This document shows, piece by piece, positions 26,203 to 36,370 of a DNA stretch of 46,871 nucleotides. The notes under the pieces were generated by a model that saw only the letters and a list, made by a program, of their open reading frames with translations, searched no databases and was not told where the DNA came from. Every line of letters begins with the position of its first letter. Position 1 is the first letter of the stretch. Source of the DNA: Bacteroidota bacterium (GTDB lineage: Bacteria; Bacteroidota; Bacteroidia; Bacteroidales; UBA4417); assembly GCA_037128115.1 (NCBI GenBank), contig JBAXXB010000003.1, forward strand, positions 1 through 46,871. The letters run 5' to 3'. The translations under genes were made by a program, and so were the position numbers.

Positions 26203-29200
26203 TTAATAATTCAGGTTCGATGCCAGTAATTTTTCTGTTTCGCTGACAGACAGGTTTTTGCGGGAAGCATAATCTTCAACCTGTTCGCGGCTGATACGGC
26301 TGATTGCAAAATACTGTGCTTCGGGGTTTGCAAAATAGTACCCGCTCACGGCTGCGCCTGGGTACATGGCGTAATTTTCGGTTAAAGTAATGCCTGTTTT
26401 TTCGGCATCGAGCAGGTTGAAAATAGTTCCTTTCTCGCTGTGCTCAGGACAGGCCGGGTAACCCGGTGCGGGACGTATGCCGGCATAGCCTTCGTGTATA
26501 ATTTCTTCAATTCCCAGGTTCTCATCTTTCGCATATCCCCAGTATTCTTTGCGTACCTTCTCATGCAAGAGTTCGGCAAAGGCTTCGGCGAGCCTGTCGG
26601 CTAAAATTTTAACCATGATGGCATTGTAATCGTCGTCCTGATCTTCGAAGTGTTTCACCCACTTTTCGATTCCAAGCCCGGCGGTTACTGCAAATAGACC
26701 GATGTAGTCATTATACCCGCACTCTTTTGGTGCAATGAAATCGGCTAGTGATAAGTTAGGGATGCCTTTTTCTTTTTCTTCCTCGTTACGCAGGAAATGG
26801 AGCATGGTATTCCTGCTTCCTTCAACCGATAGTTCCAGGCTGTCGCCCACAGCGTTAGCGGGAAAAAAACCGAAAACACCATTTGCACTTACCATGTGTT
26901 CATCAATAACCCTCTTTAACAGGAACTGGGCATCGTTAAACAGTTTACGCGCTTCCACACCTTTCAGGGGATCTTCGAAAATAGCCGGGTATTTCCCGCT
27001 GATCTTCCAGGCATGGAAGAAGAAAGTCCAATCGATATAACGGCTGATTTCCTGAAGCGGATAATTTTCAAGATATTTTACTCCGGTAAATGCTGGCGTA
27101 ACGGGCTTGTAGGTTTTCCAATCGATTAAAAAGCGGTTGGCACGTGCTTGTTCCAACGACAAATAGGTAATGCCGGCCCTGGTACTTTCGTGCTTATGGC
27201 GCAGCTGTTCATATTTCAAACTAACTGAGTCAACGAAAGGCTTTTTGCCATCCTGCGAAAGCAACGCTGCTACAACACCTGTAGCCCTTGAAGCATCACG
27301 CACATGCACAACCGGGTGGCTGTATTCGGGAGCAATCTTGACGGCGGTATGCATTTCGCTGGTGGTAGCCCCGCCAATCAACAGGGGGATGCTGAATCCT
27401 CTTCGTTCCATTTCGGAAGCTACGAAACCCATTTCCTCCAGCGAAGGGGTAATTAAACCGGATAATCCTATAATGTCGACTTTTTCCTTAATGGCGGCAT
27501 CCAGGATTTTCTCAGCATGCACCATCACTCCGAGGTCGACCACCTCATAGTTATTGCATCCCAGGACTACTCCTACAATATTTTTACCAATATCGTGCAC
27601 ATCTCCCTTTACGGTGGCCATGAGAATTTTACCTGCCGAACTCCTCACCCCCTGCACTTTTTCGGCTTCAATATAAGGTAGCAGAACAGCAACCGCTTTC
27701 TTCATTACCCTGGCACTCTTCACAACCTGGGGCAGGAACATTTTCCCGGCCCCGAAAAGGTCGCCTACCACGTTCATGCCTGCCATCAGGGGGCCTTCAA
27801 TAACTTCGAGTGCCCTGGCAAAATGAGGGCGTGCTTCTTCAACATCGGTAGCCACATCTGCATCAAGCCCGTGTACCAGGGCGTATGTCAGCCTCTCGTT
27901 CACAGGTAATCCTCGCCATGCTTTTGCAGCGGCTTCGGTCTTTTCGGTGGCCTTCATCTTCGAAGCATAGCCGATCAGCCTTTCGGTTGAATCGGGCCTG
28001 CGGTTAAAAAGCACGTCTTCAATAAGTTCGAGTAAGTCAGCCGGAATGTCATCGTAAACCGGCAGGTTCCCGGCATTGACAATTCCCATATCCATGCCTG
28101 CTTTTATGGCATGGTAAAGAAAAACGGAATGCATGGCTTCGCGCAGGTCATCGTTTCCACGAAACGAAAACGAAAGGTTGCTGATGCCACCGCTGATCCG
28201 GGCATAAGGAAGGTTTTTCTTTATCCAGGTAATGGTATTAATAAAATCGACAGCGTAATTGTTGTGTTCTTCAATACCGGTGGCGATAGCAAGTATATTC
28301 GGGTCGAAAATGATATCCTCAGGGGGCACGCCCAACTCATCGACCAGTATATGATAAGCCCGGGAACAGATTTCGGTCCGGCGTTCGAAGGTACTGGCCT
28401 GGCCTTGTTCGTCGAAAGCCATTACTATCATAGCTGCCCCGTAATTCCTGATTTTCTGTGCATGTTCCCTGAAGGCATCCTCACCTTCCTTCATACTGAT
28501 GGAATTCACAATGGCTTTACCTTGCAGGCATTTCAACCCGGCTTCTATAACCTCCCATTTCGAGGAATCTATCATAATGGGCACCCTGGCAATTTCGGGC
28601 TCGGCCATCAGCAGGTGAAGATACCTGGTCATTTCGCGTTTGGCATCGAGCAAGGCATCGTCCATATTGATATCCAGCACCTGGGCACCGGCATCTACCT
28701 GTTGGCGGGCGACGGATAAGGCTTCATCGTATTTTTCCTCACGAATGAGGCGGGCAAATTTCTTAGAGCCTGAAACATTGGTCCGTTCACCAATATTTAT
28801 GAAATTGCTGTTCTCGAAAACCATCAAGGGCTCAAGGCCGCTGAGCCTCAAATGTTTTGGGATAGCTGGAATATGCCGTGGTGTTGATTGTTCCGCAACT
28901 TTGCAGAGTTCCCTAATATGTTCAGGTGTTGTGCCGCAACATCCGCCGATGATATTAACCGATTTATTATGGAGTATAGGTTGAATATGATGAGCCATTT
29001 GCATGGGTGATTCGTCATATTCCCCGAATTGGTTCGGCAGTCCGGCGTTGGGATAAGCGCTTACATAAAAAGGTGCTTTCCTCGAAAGCTCTTCTATAAA
29101 TGGATTGAGTTGTTCCGCCCCGAGTGAACAATTGAATCCGACGCTTAACAGGTCAATATGTGAAACCGAATTCAGGAAAGCCTCGGTAGTTTGCCCCGAA

Positions 29201-29865
29201 AGGGTTCTGCCGCTGGCATCGGTTATAGTTCCCGAAACCATGACAGGCATGCGTAATTTCTTTTCAGCCAGGACCTCGTTAATAGCATACAAGGCGGCCT
29301 TGGCATTAAGCGTATCGAAAATAGTTTCAACCAGCAGCAAGTCCACGCCACCATCGATCAGGCCGCGAACCTGTTCCTGGTAAGCAACCCGGAGCTGATC
29401 GTAACTAACTGCACGAAATCCCGGATCATTTACATCGGGCGACATGCTGGCTGTCTTGCTTGTAGGGCCCACGGCACCAGCAACAAAGCGTGGTTTCGCC
29501 GGGTTGAGCGAAGTAAATTTTTCGGCTTCGGATACAGCGATTCTTGCGGCAGCCACATTCATTTCATATACAATGGGTTCCAGCTGGTAGTCCGCCATGG
29601 AAACCGAGGTGGCATTAAATGTATTGGTTTCAATAATATCAGCCCCGGCTTCGAGGTATGCGCGGTGTATTTCACTGATCACATCCGGCCGGGTGATGCA
29701 AAGTAAATCGTTGCATCCTTTCAGGTCAATTCGGTGTTTGGCAAAACGAACGCCTCTGTAGTCGGATTCCGAAAGCTTATAACGTTGTATCTCGGTACCC
29801 ATGGCGCCATCCAGCACCAATACTCTATTCTCTAAAACTTTATATATGTTATCCTTTTCAATCAT
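26203..29865 (-). CDS. metH: Cobalamin-dependent methionine synthase
   Basis: [23 protein letters not shown]12 motif DVHDIG, activation domain [10 protein letters not shown]. Confidence 0.98.
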   Translation of the reverse strand: MIEKDNIYKVLENRVLVLDGAMGTEIQRYKLSESDYRGVRFAKHRIDLKGCNDLLCITRPDVISEIHRAYLEAGADIIETNTFNATSVSMADYQLEPIVYEMNVAAARIAVSEAEKFTSLNPAKPRFVAGAVGPTSKTASMSPDVNDPGFRAVSYDQLRVAYQEQVRGLIDGGVDLLLVETIFDTLNAKAALYAINEVLAEKKLRMPVMVSGTITDASGRTLSGQTTEAFLNSVSHIDLLSVGFNCSLGAEQLNPFIEELSRKAPFYVSAYPNAGLPNQFGEYDESPMQMAHHIQPILHNKSVNIIGGCCGTTPEHIRELCKVAEQSTPRHIPAIPKHLRLSGLEPLMVFENSNFINIGERTNVSGSKKFARLIREEKYDEALSVARQQVDAGAQVLDINMDDALLDAKREMTRYLHLLMAEPEIARVPIMIDSSKWEVIEAGLKCLQGKAIVNSISMKEGEDAFREHAQKIRNYGAAMIVMAFDEQGQASTFERRTEICSRAYHILVDELGVPPEDIIFDPNILAIATGIEEHNNYAVDFINTITWIKKNLPYARISGGISNLSFSFRGNDDLREAMHSVFLYHAIKAGMDMGIVNAGNLPVYDDIPADLLELIEDVLFNRRPDSTERLIGYASKMKATEKTEAAAKAWRGLPVNERLTYALVHGLDADVATDVEEARPHFARALEVIEGPLMAGMNVVGDLFGAGKMFLPQVVKSARVMKKAVAVLLPYIEAEKVQGVRSSAGKILMATVKGDVHDIGKNIVGVVLGCNNYEVVDLGVMVHAEKILDAAIKEKVDIIGLSGLITPSLEEMGFVASEMERRGFSIPLLIGGATTSEMHTAVKIAPEYSHPVVHVRDASRATGVVAALLSQDGKKPFVDSVSLKYEQLRHKHESTRAGITYLSLEQARANRFLIDWKTYKPVTPAFTGVKYLENYPLQEISRYIDWTFFFHAWKISGKYPAIFEDPLKGVEARKLFNDAQFLLKRVIDEHMVSANGVFGFFPANAVGDSLELSVEGSRNTMLHFLRNEEEKEKGIPNLSLADFIAPKECGYNDYIGLFAVTAGLGIEKWVKHFEDQDDDYNAIMVKILADRLAEAFAELLHEKVRKEYWGYAKDENLGIEEIIHEGYAGIRPAPGYPACPEHSEKGTIFNLLDAEKTGITLTENYAMYPGAAVSGYYFANPEAQYFAISRISREQVEDYASRKNLSVSETEKLLASNLNY

Positions 29866-29975
29866 GCTGCTTGTATGTTAATCCGTTCTGCATGCTTAAA
29901 ACAAAGCAGCAGCTCAGAAGTTTTGAACTCAACACATTCAGTTTCTCCGCATTCCGGGAGCAGGAGTGTGTTTTA

Positions 29976-30081
29976 ATTATAATCTCCGCCAAAGGCGGAT
30001 CAGGTATTGGCACCTTACACACCGTGTGGTGGTGGTTGCCAGAGGTTCGGTGAGCCTGTTCTCTCCCCCCTTCTGTATAAT
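29976..30081 (-). ncRNA. SAM-I (S-box) riboswitch upstream of metH-metF
   Basis: Minus strand reads ATTATACAGAAGGGGGGAGAGAACAGGCTC...CCTCTGGCAACC...AAGGTGCCAATACCTG...TATAAT: P1 ATTATA/TATAAT, GCAACC and GGTGC cores, methionine-gene context. Confidence 0.9.
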
Positions 30082-30120
30082 CCAAACCTCCTTAGTTTAT
30101 GAAAGGAATATTTGAAGCTG

Positions 30121-30128
30121 CAAAGATA
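30121..30128 (-). promoter_or_regulatory. -7 promoter element TATCTTTG for the riboswitch-metH unit
   Basis: Matches the Bacteroidetes TAnnTTTG consensus 40 bp upstream of the riboswitch. Confidence 0.7.
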
Positions 30129-30328
30129 AGAAAGAATGCTTATTTAAACGCATGCCTTCAGATGGAATTTATTATAGGGTGTTAAGGTCTTTAGTTAGTT
30201 GTTAATCAGATGAATGTGATTTTATTCACCAATAAATTGAATTTTCAGAAATCAGCTTTAGTTCATCATCCCAGTGAAATTATTGGTAAACAATAAGCCA
30301 ACTCTGCCATGGATTTCACATAATGCAA

Positions 30329-30359
30329 ATCTTAAAACTGCATTCGGCAGTTTTAAGAT
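30329..30359 (-). terminator. Hairpin downstream of the SAM hydrolase gene
   Basis: ATCTTAAAACTGC-ATTCG-GCAGTTTTAAGAT. Confidence 0.65.
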
Positions 30360-30450
30360 GAAATTTGAGTAAAGGAAAATTGTTTTATGTCAGCGAAATC
30401 TGTGGCAGACTTTGGTGTTTCAGCGTTAAGCCTGGAATGGTTGATGCCAG

Positions 30451-31353
30451 TTATTTTTTTGAGATAAGGGTAACTTCCACATCCCAGTTATTACCGCTTT
30501 CGATCTTATACACTTTTGCAAAGCTCCCCTGGTTTAACGCGAATGATAATTGCATCAGGCTATTCAGATAGGTTACCGGCTTCCCTTTTTCAACCGCGCC
30601 GAAAGTTTGACTGTAAGGAGCGTTGCCTTCATAGACCTTAGTTTTATCATGATAGATAATTACATGCATCAGGTCTCCATACCGGGGATTTAGTTGTTTT
30701 ACCAAATCGGCTGTGATATTAGTCCAAACATTTCCATATTGAATATCAAGAATAGAAATGTTGCCTTTGAGTTTTCCCCCATCCAACACAGCTTTCTGAT
30801 AAGGGATGCTGACTACTTGTTTGGCCAATTCCTTGCCAACCTGTTCGAAGGTTATGGCACCTGCTGCCAGCCTGGCAGCTGTATAAGCATATACATCCCG
30901 GCCATGGAAAGTGTATGATTTTTCGGAATTAGCCCTACGGTTAACGACTTCGTCAATTTCCCGGACTTCAGCTATGCCAAGACTTTCGGCTACCAGGGTA
31001 AGTGTGCCGTTATCGGGTGTAACAAAAAAGTGACCGCTGTTAGTTTTTAATACGACCGATTTCCGGGTGGTGCCCACGCCTGGATCGACCACCGATACAA
31101 AAACGGTGCCTGCAGGCCAGTAAGCCGCGGTTTGTTCTAAACGGTAAGCGGCTTCCCAAATATTATAAGCAGGAATTTCGTCGGTAAGATCGTATAATTT
31201 TAAATCGGGCGAAACACCGCACGCAACACCTTTCATTGCTGAAACGGCGCCGTCTTTTAATCCAAAATCGGTTTGAAAGACAACTATTTTGTTTTGTGCT
31301 GACACTTGATATACAACGAAAAGAATTAACAGTGAGGTGATAATTTGTTTCAT
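30451..31353 (-). CDS. SAM hydroxide adenosyltransferase (DUF62 SAM hydrolase) with signal peptide
   Basis: QTDFG..DGAV, VVDPGVGTTR, TPDNG, TFHGRD (Asp-Arg-His triad), DIQYGN; N-terminus MKQIITSLLILFVVYQVSA-Q. Confidence 0.9.
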   Translation of the reverse strand: MKQIITSLLILFVVYQVSAQNKIVVFQTDFGLKDGAVSAMKGVACGVSPDLKLYDLTDEIPAYNIWEAAYRLEQTAAYWPAGTVFVSVVDPGVGTTRKSVVLKTNSGHFFVTPDNGTLTLVAESLGIAEVREIDEVVNRRANSEKSYTFHGRDVYAYTAARLAAGAITFEQVGKELAKQVVSIPYQKAVLDGGKLKGNISILDIQYGNVWTNITADLVKQLNPRYGDLMHVIIYHDKTKVYEGNAPYSQTFGAVEKGKPVTYLNSLMQLSFALNQGSFAKVYKIESGNNWDVEVTLISKK

Positions 31354-31420
31354 GACAAGCAGGTTAAGTTAAATTATGAAAGTTTTCTGTTTAGTAAAAG
31401 GTAGTGATTCAAGCCTGTAG

Positions 31421-32710
31421 CTATAAAATAATGTCTGATTTACCTGAAAGTTTCGTGTCGAACGAATAGAAAATCAAACCTAGTACTATGGTTGATAATC
31501 CGACCATACTTTCTTTAGGGTGAGCGACAAAGGTGAAGTAGCAGATGTAGATCCCAAAAGCTAAAAACACCGTCGGGAAAATCCAGAAGTATTTTCCTTT
31601 AAATATGTGCCGCTTCATGGATGGAATTGTAAATACCGTTGCTACGGCTATGGTACTTAAAATTTGAAGCAGGAAGGATGCATAGATAAAAATCTGTTCA
31701 AATTCGCCTGTCAAAATGATAAGGATTGCGATAAAAGCATGAACCCATAATGCAAGATAAGGAATGTCGTTCTTCGTTTTATTCATAAAGCTCCAGAGTC
31801 TATTTTCCTTTGCAGTTGCAAAACTCACCCTGGAACCTATCCATAAATATCCACTAATAGTGGCAATTAATTGTAGGGCTATAAAGAAACTCACCCATTT
31901 GGCACCGTTCAATCCCAGGAAACCCCTGGCGGATATGGATGCAACATCTTCCTGGTTAATTAAGGAAACTATGGTTGCATGTTTCAGGAAAACATAATTG
32001 ATGAAAACATATACCAGGGTCACAAACAAGGTGCCGACAATCAGCGATTTAGGTAGGTTTTTTGTTGGATTTTTAATTTCCCCAACTATGTAAGATGCTG
32101 AATTCCAGCCGGTATAAGCAAAAGCAACAAACACGAGTGAGCTGGCAAATTCCGGCATCTGTATTTCTTTTTTCCAGCCGGCACCAAAATCCAGTCCATT
32201 CATGGCATCAGGAGCAATATACAAACCCAGTCCGATCAATGCCAAAACAAATAAAACTTTCAGCAATGTAAACAGGTTGTGAAAATCACTGCTTGTTCTC
32301 AGGCTAAAAGACTGGGAGAGGGCCACCAGTATGATAACACCAATAGCGAATCCTTTGCCTAAGCCCAATCCGAAAATCTGCAGGTATTTACTCATGGCCA
32401 GGGCTGCCAGCGAAACCGGTGCCGAAAAACCCACAATCAGCGATACCCAACTGCTCAGGTATCCGAATACCGGATGAAAACCCCGGGATAAATAGATATA
32501 ATCACCTCCCGTTTCTTTGTAGTAATTTCCTAATTCAGAATAGCAAAAAGCGCCGAACAAGGCTAAAACACCCCCGATTGACCAAAGTAAAATTATGGTA
32601 TAGGTGTTGGTCAAACTGGCAACCTGGTATCCTAAGGATGTGAAAACCCCGGTTCCTATCATGTTTGAAACTACTAAGGCTGTGGCCGTGAGCCAGGTGA
32701 TTTTTTTCAA
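31421..32710 (-). CDS. APC-family amino acid permease
   Basis: About 12 TM segments, NMIGTGVF, YSELG...GGDYIYL, FAYTGWN; TTG start. Confidence 0.9.
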   Translation of the reverse strand: MKKITWLTATALVVSNMIGTGVFTSLGYQVASLTNTYTIILLWSIGGVLALFGAFCYSELGNYYKETGGDYIYLSRGFHPVFGYLSSWVSLIVGFSAPVSLAALAMSKYLQIFGLGLGKGFAIGVIILVALSQSFSLRTSSDFHNLFTLLKVLFVLALIGLGLYIAPDAMNGLDFGAGWKKEIQMPEFASSLVFVAFAYTGWNSASYIVGEIKNPTKNLPKSLIVGTLFVTLVYVFINYVFLKHATIVSLINQEDVASISARGFLGLNGAKWVSFFIALQLIATISGYLWIGSRVSFATAKENRLWSFMNKTKNDIPYLALWVHAFIAILIILTGEFEQIFIYASFLLQILSTIAVATVFTIPSMKRHIFKGKYFWIFPTVFLAFGIYICYFTFVAHPKESMVGLSTIVLGLIFYSFDTKLSGKSDIIL

Positions 32711-32731
32711 GTTTTCGCGAAGGTGTTAAAT

Positions 32732-32767
32732 AAAAAACTTTGTCAAGGTTTTTAGCCTTGACAAAGT
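32732..32767 (-). terminator. Hairpin plus U-tract between the receptor and permease genes
   Basis: ACTTTGTCAAGG/CCTTGACAAAGT stem followed by six T on the minus strand. Confidence 0.65.
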
Positions 32768-32791
32768 ATTATTTCAGTTTTGAGAGGAGGA

Positions 32792-35446
32792 TCAGAGACT
32801 GCAACTTATTCTTCCAAAAAAGTAAGATCCTGTAGTGCCCATTTGAACCGGGGCATATTTAAATACGCCAAAATAGCTGTTTTCATAAACCTGTAGATCA
32901 GGAAAAACATCGAACAGGTTATTTGCACCCACAGCAAACAGGATTTTAGAACTGATTTTATAGGAAACGCTCAGGTCGGTAACTACTTTGCCTGCATGTT
33001 TCTGGTCAATACCAAAAGGTGCTCCACTCCGGGTAACCTCACCAAAATAGGTGTTGCGTAATAAAACGGAGAGCTTCTTAACATCGTAATTCAGGGCAAG
33101 TGTTCCTTTGCTTCTGGGAGTGTTGGTCTCGATAAGGCTTCTTTCCTGAGGTCCATAATAAACTTCTTCCTGGCCAATGAATGCAGTTGGAATGTAATTT
33201 AACTGATCATCCACCTTGTTCTTGTTGTAGTTGTACAGCAATGAAACATTGAGGTTGCCACCGGCTACCTTAAAAGTATAATCAATCACCAGGTCAAGTC
33301 CCTTGGTTGTAGTGTTGATGGCGTTGGTAAAGAAACGGCCTGTTTGCGCCCCATACTGAGCGAATAAAGCCTGGAGTTCAGGAACAGGTTCCCCGTAAGG
33401 ATCATTTCCTAAATTGCCGGTGAGGATAATCCGGTTTTTGATGTTAATCTGGTAGGCATCGATGGTAATATTTAATTTTTTGATGGGTGTATATACAAAA
33501 CCGAGGCTATAATTATTGGATGTTTCCTCTTTCAAGGCAGGAATTCCAAGCTCCTTTGCAAGTTCACTGTCGGTCCTGAAAATGCCGGAATTGAGCATTA
33601 CTCCATCCACCACATCGGTTGCGATATTGTTGAAATAGCTTTGCTGTAACGAAGGAGCCCTGAATCCTGTGCTCATCGAACCACGGACAAAAAAGTTATC
33701 GGTAATCTTATACCTGGAACTTAATTTCCCGGTTGTGGTATTGCCAAAATCCGAATAGTTTTCATAGCGCACGGCTACACCTACAAGGAATCTCTTCGTA
33801 ATGTCCGCTTCAACGTCAGCGTATGCACCTATGCTGGATCTTTGTTTGTTTACTGCATTCAATAGCGAGAAGCCCGGGAATGATTGTGCTCCACCATCTT
33901 TGTAGGAAGCTTCTTCTCCGGCTTTGATCTGGTAACCTTCCAGGCGAAACTCAGCGCCGAAAGCTACATTGAGCCCGCTGAAAATACTTGCATATAAGCG
34001 GGAGGCATCGGCATTGATGGTGTTTTGTAAAAACGAGTGACTTCCTGCGTTAAATACAGTAGGGCTGCTTGCACCCATGGAAGCATTGTTCGTATTAGCC
34101 ACTTCGTATTTGAAGGTATTTTTTCCAATGGTATTGCTTACATCCAAATTCCAGTCGGAGAGCTTAAACCGTAAACCTGAAATCAGTGAAAGATCGCTGA
34201 TGTCGGATTTTAATTCGGGTTGAAAGCCATAAGGGAATAACTCCGGGACTACATTCCCGGTTTCACTCGGTAAGCGCCTGAAACCAAACCCTATACCGTT
34301 TCGTTTGCTGGCACCACCCGAAAAATATAATTCAATGTTCTTGTTTAACGGGATGGATGAGTTTAAGAATCCCTGTATGTTTTGTATTTTGGCGTCACCT
34401 ACCTGGAAATTAAAATCGTCGCGCGTAAGGCCGGCAGCGGCAATTGCATCGTCATCAATCTTACGGGCAGCAGCCGCATCGTCACAAAAATCGTAAGAAA
34501 AATAGTTGTTATATGCCGACTGATCAAAAATGATGAGGTTGTTGTTCTGAGCACGGTTGGTTTTTTCGCGGTTGTTAAATGCAGCTGTCAGGTTAATGAA
34601 CCCACCTTGTTTCCCCAGTTTGGAACCATAATTCAGGTTCAAATCGGTTGTCTGTCCATCGTTTCGCGATGTCTGGCCATACGTTGCTTCGGCCTGGAAA
34701 CCAATATTGTCATTCAATATCAGGTTGATAACGCCGGCAATGGCATCCGAACCATATTGAGCTGCTGCTCCGTCACGAAGAACTTCGATGCGTTTAATCG
34801 CCGAAGCCGGGATGGCACCTAAGTCAGTTCCTACCGAACCGTTTCCAACTGTGTTCTGATAATTAACCAGGGAAGTAGTGTGTCGTCTTTTGCCGTTCAC
34901 CAATACTAATACCTGGTCAGGACCCAATCCTCTCAGCGATGCCGGGTCAATGTGCTCGGTTCCGTCGGATGCTGACTGACGATTGGAATTAAAGGAAGGA
35001 ATGAGATATGTTAATATGTCGTTTGCCGAATTCTGAGGAGTAATGGTTCTCATTTTGATTAAATTCACAACATCAACCGGGACAGGGGTTTCCATTTTGC
35101 TTAATTTTGGATTCCTGCTACCAACCACAACAAATTCAGTGAGACTGGTGCTCTGTAAAACAAGCAGTACTTCAACGTAGTCGCTTTTAGCCACTACCTC
35201 TTTAGTTTCATAACCAACGGAGGATATAAGTAAGGTTGGCAAGATTATTTTCGTTGTAAGAGCGAATTTCCCTGCAGCATCGCTTATGGTGCCAATGTTA
35301 GTGCCCTTGATAACAATTGAGACAAATTCCATGGGTTCTCCTTTTTCATTTTTCAGGAGTCCCTTTATCACATGATTTTGTGAATAGAGCAGGGTGCCCG
35401 AAAAGATTAAAATGGCTGTTACGAAAAGTTTCAGAGAGTTTTTCAT
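32792..35446 (-). CDS. TonB-dependent receptor
   Basis: N-domain, EFVVVGSR, LRGLGPDQVLVLVNGKRRH, IEVLRDGAAAQYGSDAIAGVINLIL, GANNLFDVFPD. Confidence 0.95.
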   Translation of the reverse strand: MKNSLKLFVTAILIFSGTLLYSQNHVIKGLLKNEKGEPMEFVSIVIKGTNIGTISDAAGKFALTTKIILPTLLISSVGYETKEVVAKSDYVEVLLVLQSTSLTEFVVVGSRNPKLSKMETPVPVDVVNLIKMRTITPQNSANDILTYLIPSFNSNRQSASDGTEHIDPASLRGLGPDQVLVLVNGKRRHTTSLVNYQNTVGNGSVGTDLGAIPASAIKRIEVLRDGAAAQYGSDAIAGVINLILNDNIGFQAEATYGQTSRNDGQTTDLNLNYGSKLGKQGGFINLTAAFNNREKTNRAQNNNLIIFDQSAYNNYFSYDFCDDAAAARKIDDDAIAAAGLTRDDFNFQVGDAKIQNIQGFLNSSIPLNKNIELYFSGGASKRNGIGFGFRRLPSETGNVVPELFPYGFQPELKSDISDLSLISGLRFKLSDWNLDVSNTIGKNTFKYEVANTNNASMGASSPTVFNAGSHSFLQNTINADASRLYASIFSGLNVAFGAEFRLEGYQIKAGEEASYKDGGAQSFPGFSLLNAVNKQRSSIGAYADVEADITKRFLVGVAVRYENYSDFGNTTTGKLSSRYKITDNFFVRGSMSTGFRAPSLQQSYFNNIATDVVDGVMLNSGIFRTDSELAKELGIPALKEETSNNYSLGFVYTPIKKLNITIDAYQINIKNRIILTGNLGNDPYGEPVPELQALFAQYGAQTGRFFTNAINTTTKGLDLVIDYTFKVAGGNLNVSLLYNYNKNKVDDQLNYIPTAFIGQEEVYYGPQERSLIETNTPRSKGTLALNYDVKKLSVLLRNTYFGEVTRSGAPFGIDQKHAGKVVTDLSVSYKISSKILFAVGANNLFDVFPDLQVYENSYFGVFKYAPVQMGTTGSYFFGRISCSL

Positions 35447-35551
35447 AAGTTATTTTAGTTTAGTTGAAATGAATAATCCTTTAAAAAGTGTATTGCTTGG
35501 TTAGAGGCTGTTTTTTTATTAAAAATCTGTATTAATTAGATTTACAAGGTT

Positions 35552-35644
35552 ATAAGTGTGACCAGAGAGGTGGGATACTTAATCTGAGTCCCCATTTTTC
35601 ACATTTTGCCAGCCTGAAGTCGAGGGCCATTTGTCACCTCTTAT
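35552..35644 (-). ncRNA. Candidate structured leader RNA, class not recognised
   Basis: Starts about 5 nt after TAACTTTG (35656-35649); closing stem ATAAG..GTGAC/GTCAC.CTTAT; two inner hairpins; alternative AGAGGTG/CACCTCT pairing. Confidence 0.4.
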
Positions 35645-35648
35645 TCGG

Positions 35649-35656
35649 CAAAGTTA
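35649..35656 (-). promoter_or_regulatory. -7 promoter TAACTTTG
   Basis: Exact TAnnTTTG about 200 bp upstream of the receptor start. Confidence 0.65.
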
Positions 35657-36340
35657 AACAGGACTAACTAATTATAAAGTTTCACCCTATACTTGGTTTC
35701 CGGTTAAATAATGAAAGGTAATTTGACTTATCCTATCAATTTACACATTTCAGTTATTTGTACTAAAAATTATCTGGCTATGACTTCAAGGTACGGCAAA
35801 AACATCACACTGTCAACACATTATAAAAAAACACTTTAGGAGCCATACAAAGTACGAAAAGTATCTAATTGCGTTTTTAGGCAGATTTTGATATCAAAGG
35901 TAAAATTTTACCAGTACAATTAAAATGCTTTACCTCCTTCGGAAAGCAAACTTAGCTTTTTATTAGAATTATAATGATTCTATAAATTTTAATTTTCAAC
36001 AAACTACTGTTTGCCATCTAAAAAGTGCAGTCATCCTAGGTTCTCTTTTCACATTCCGACAGGCTGGATCAGGGGCTCTCTCTTCGATTGACTTAAACGA
36101 TTGGACGAATTACAAAATGATTGCGTAAGTCTGGAAGAGTACATGGTGAGTAAATCTGTAAAGCAGATCAGCTTTATGTTGTCAATCATATCGCAAATCA
36201 CAATAATTCCCAAAATTGAAATTTACAATCATGTGCAGGAATGATAGTTAGACTGTGTGTGATTACAGAATCCTTCCCTGGATTCCGAACAATTCATCCA
36301 ATTTAGAGTTATAAGTTTAAATAAATTTAGAAATAAATTG

Positions 36341-36348
36341 TACCTTTG
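36341..36348 (+). promoter_or_regulatory. -7 promoter TACCTTTG of ahcY
   Basis: Exact TAnnTTTG just upstream of ATG 36371. Confidence 0.75.
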
Positions 36349-36370
36349 CACCCCTAAAAATAATAGTATA

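Noticed and set aside
29858-30085. 75-aa and 60-aa ORFs upstream of metH
   Set aside because: They overlap the SAM-I riboswitch and have no protein-like features
30451-31353. Fluorinase or chlorinase
   Set aside because: It retains TFHGRD and DPGVG..R, the Asp-Arg-His triad of hydroxide adenosyltransferases
35552-35644. Glycine, SAM-I or SAH riboswitch assignment
   Set aside because: CUCUCUGG recalls the glycine CUCUCAGG, but GGAGA and CCGAAG are absent; the GCAACC/GGUGC and GAGGAGCG cores are also absent
36338-36370. Track-predicted N-terminal extensions (ahcY 36338, BON 5469, 41113, 4225, 17377)
   Set aside because: These starts fall within promoter elements or add non-homologous residues ahead of a better ATG
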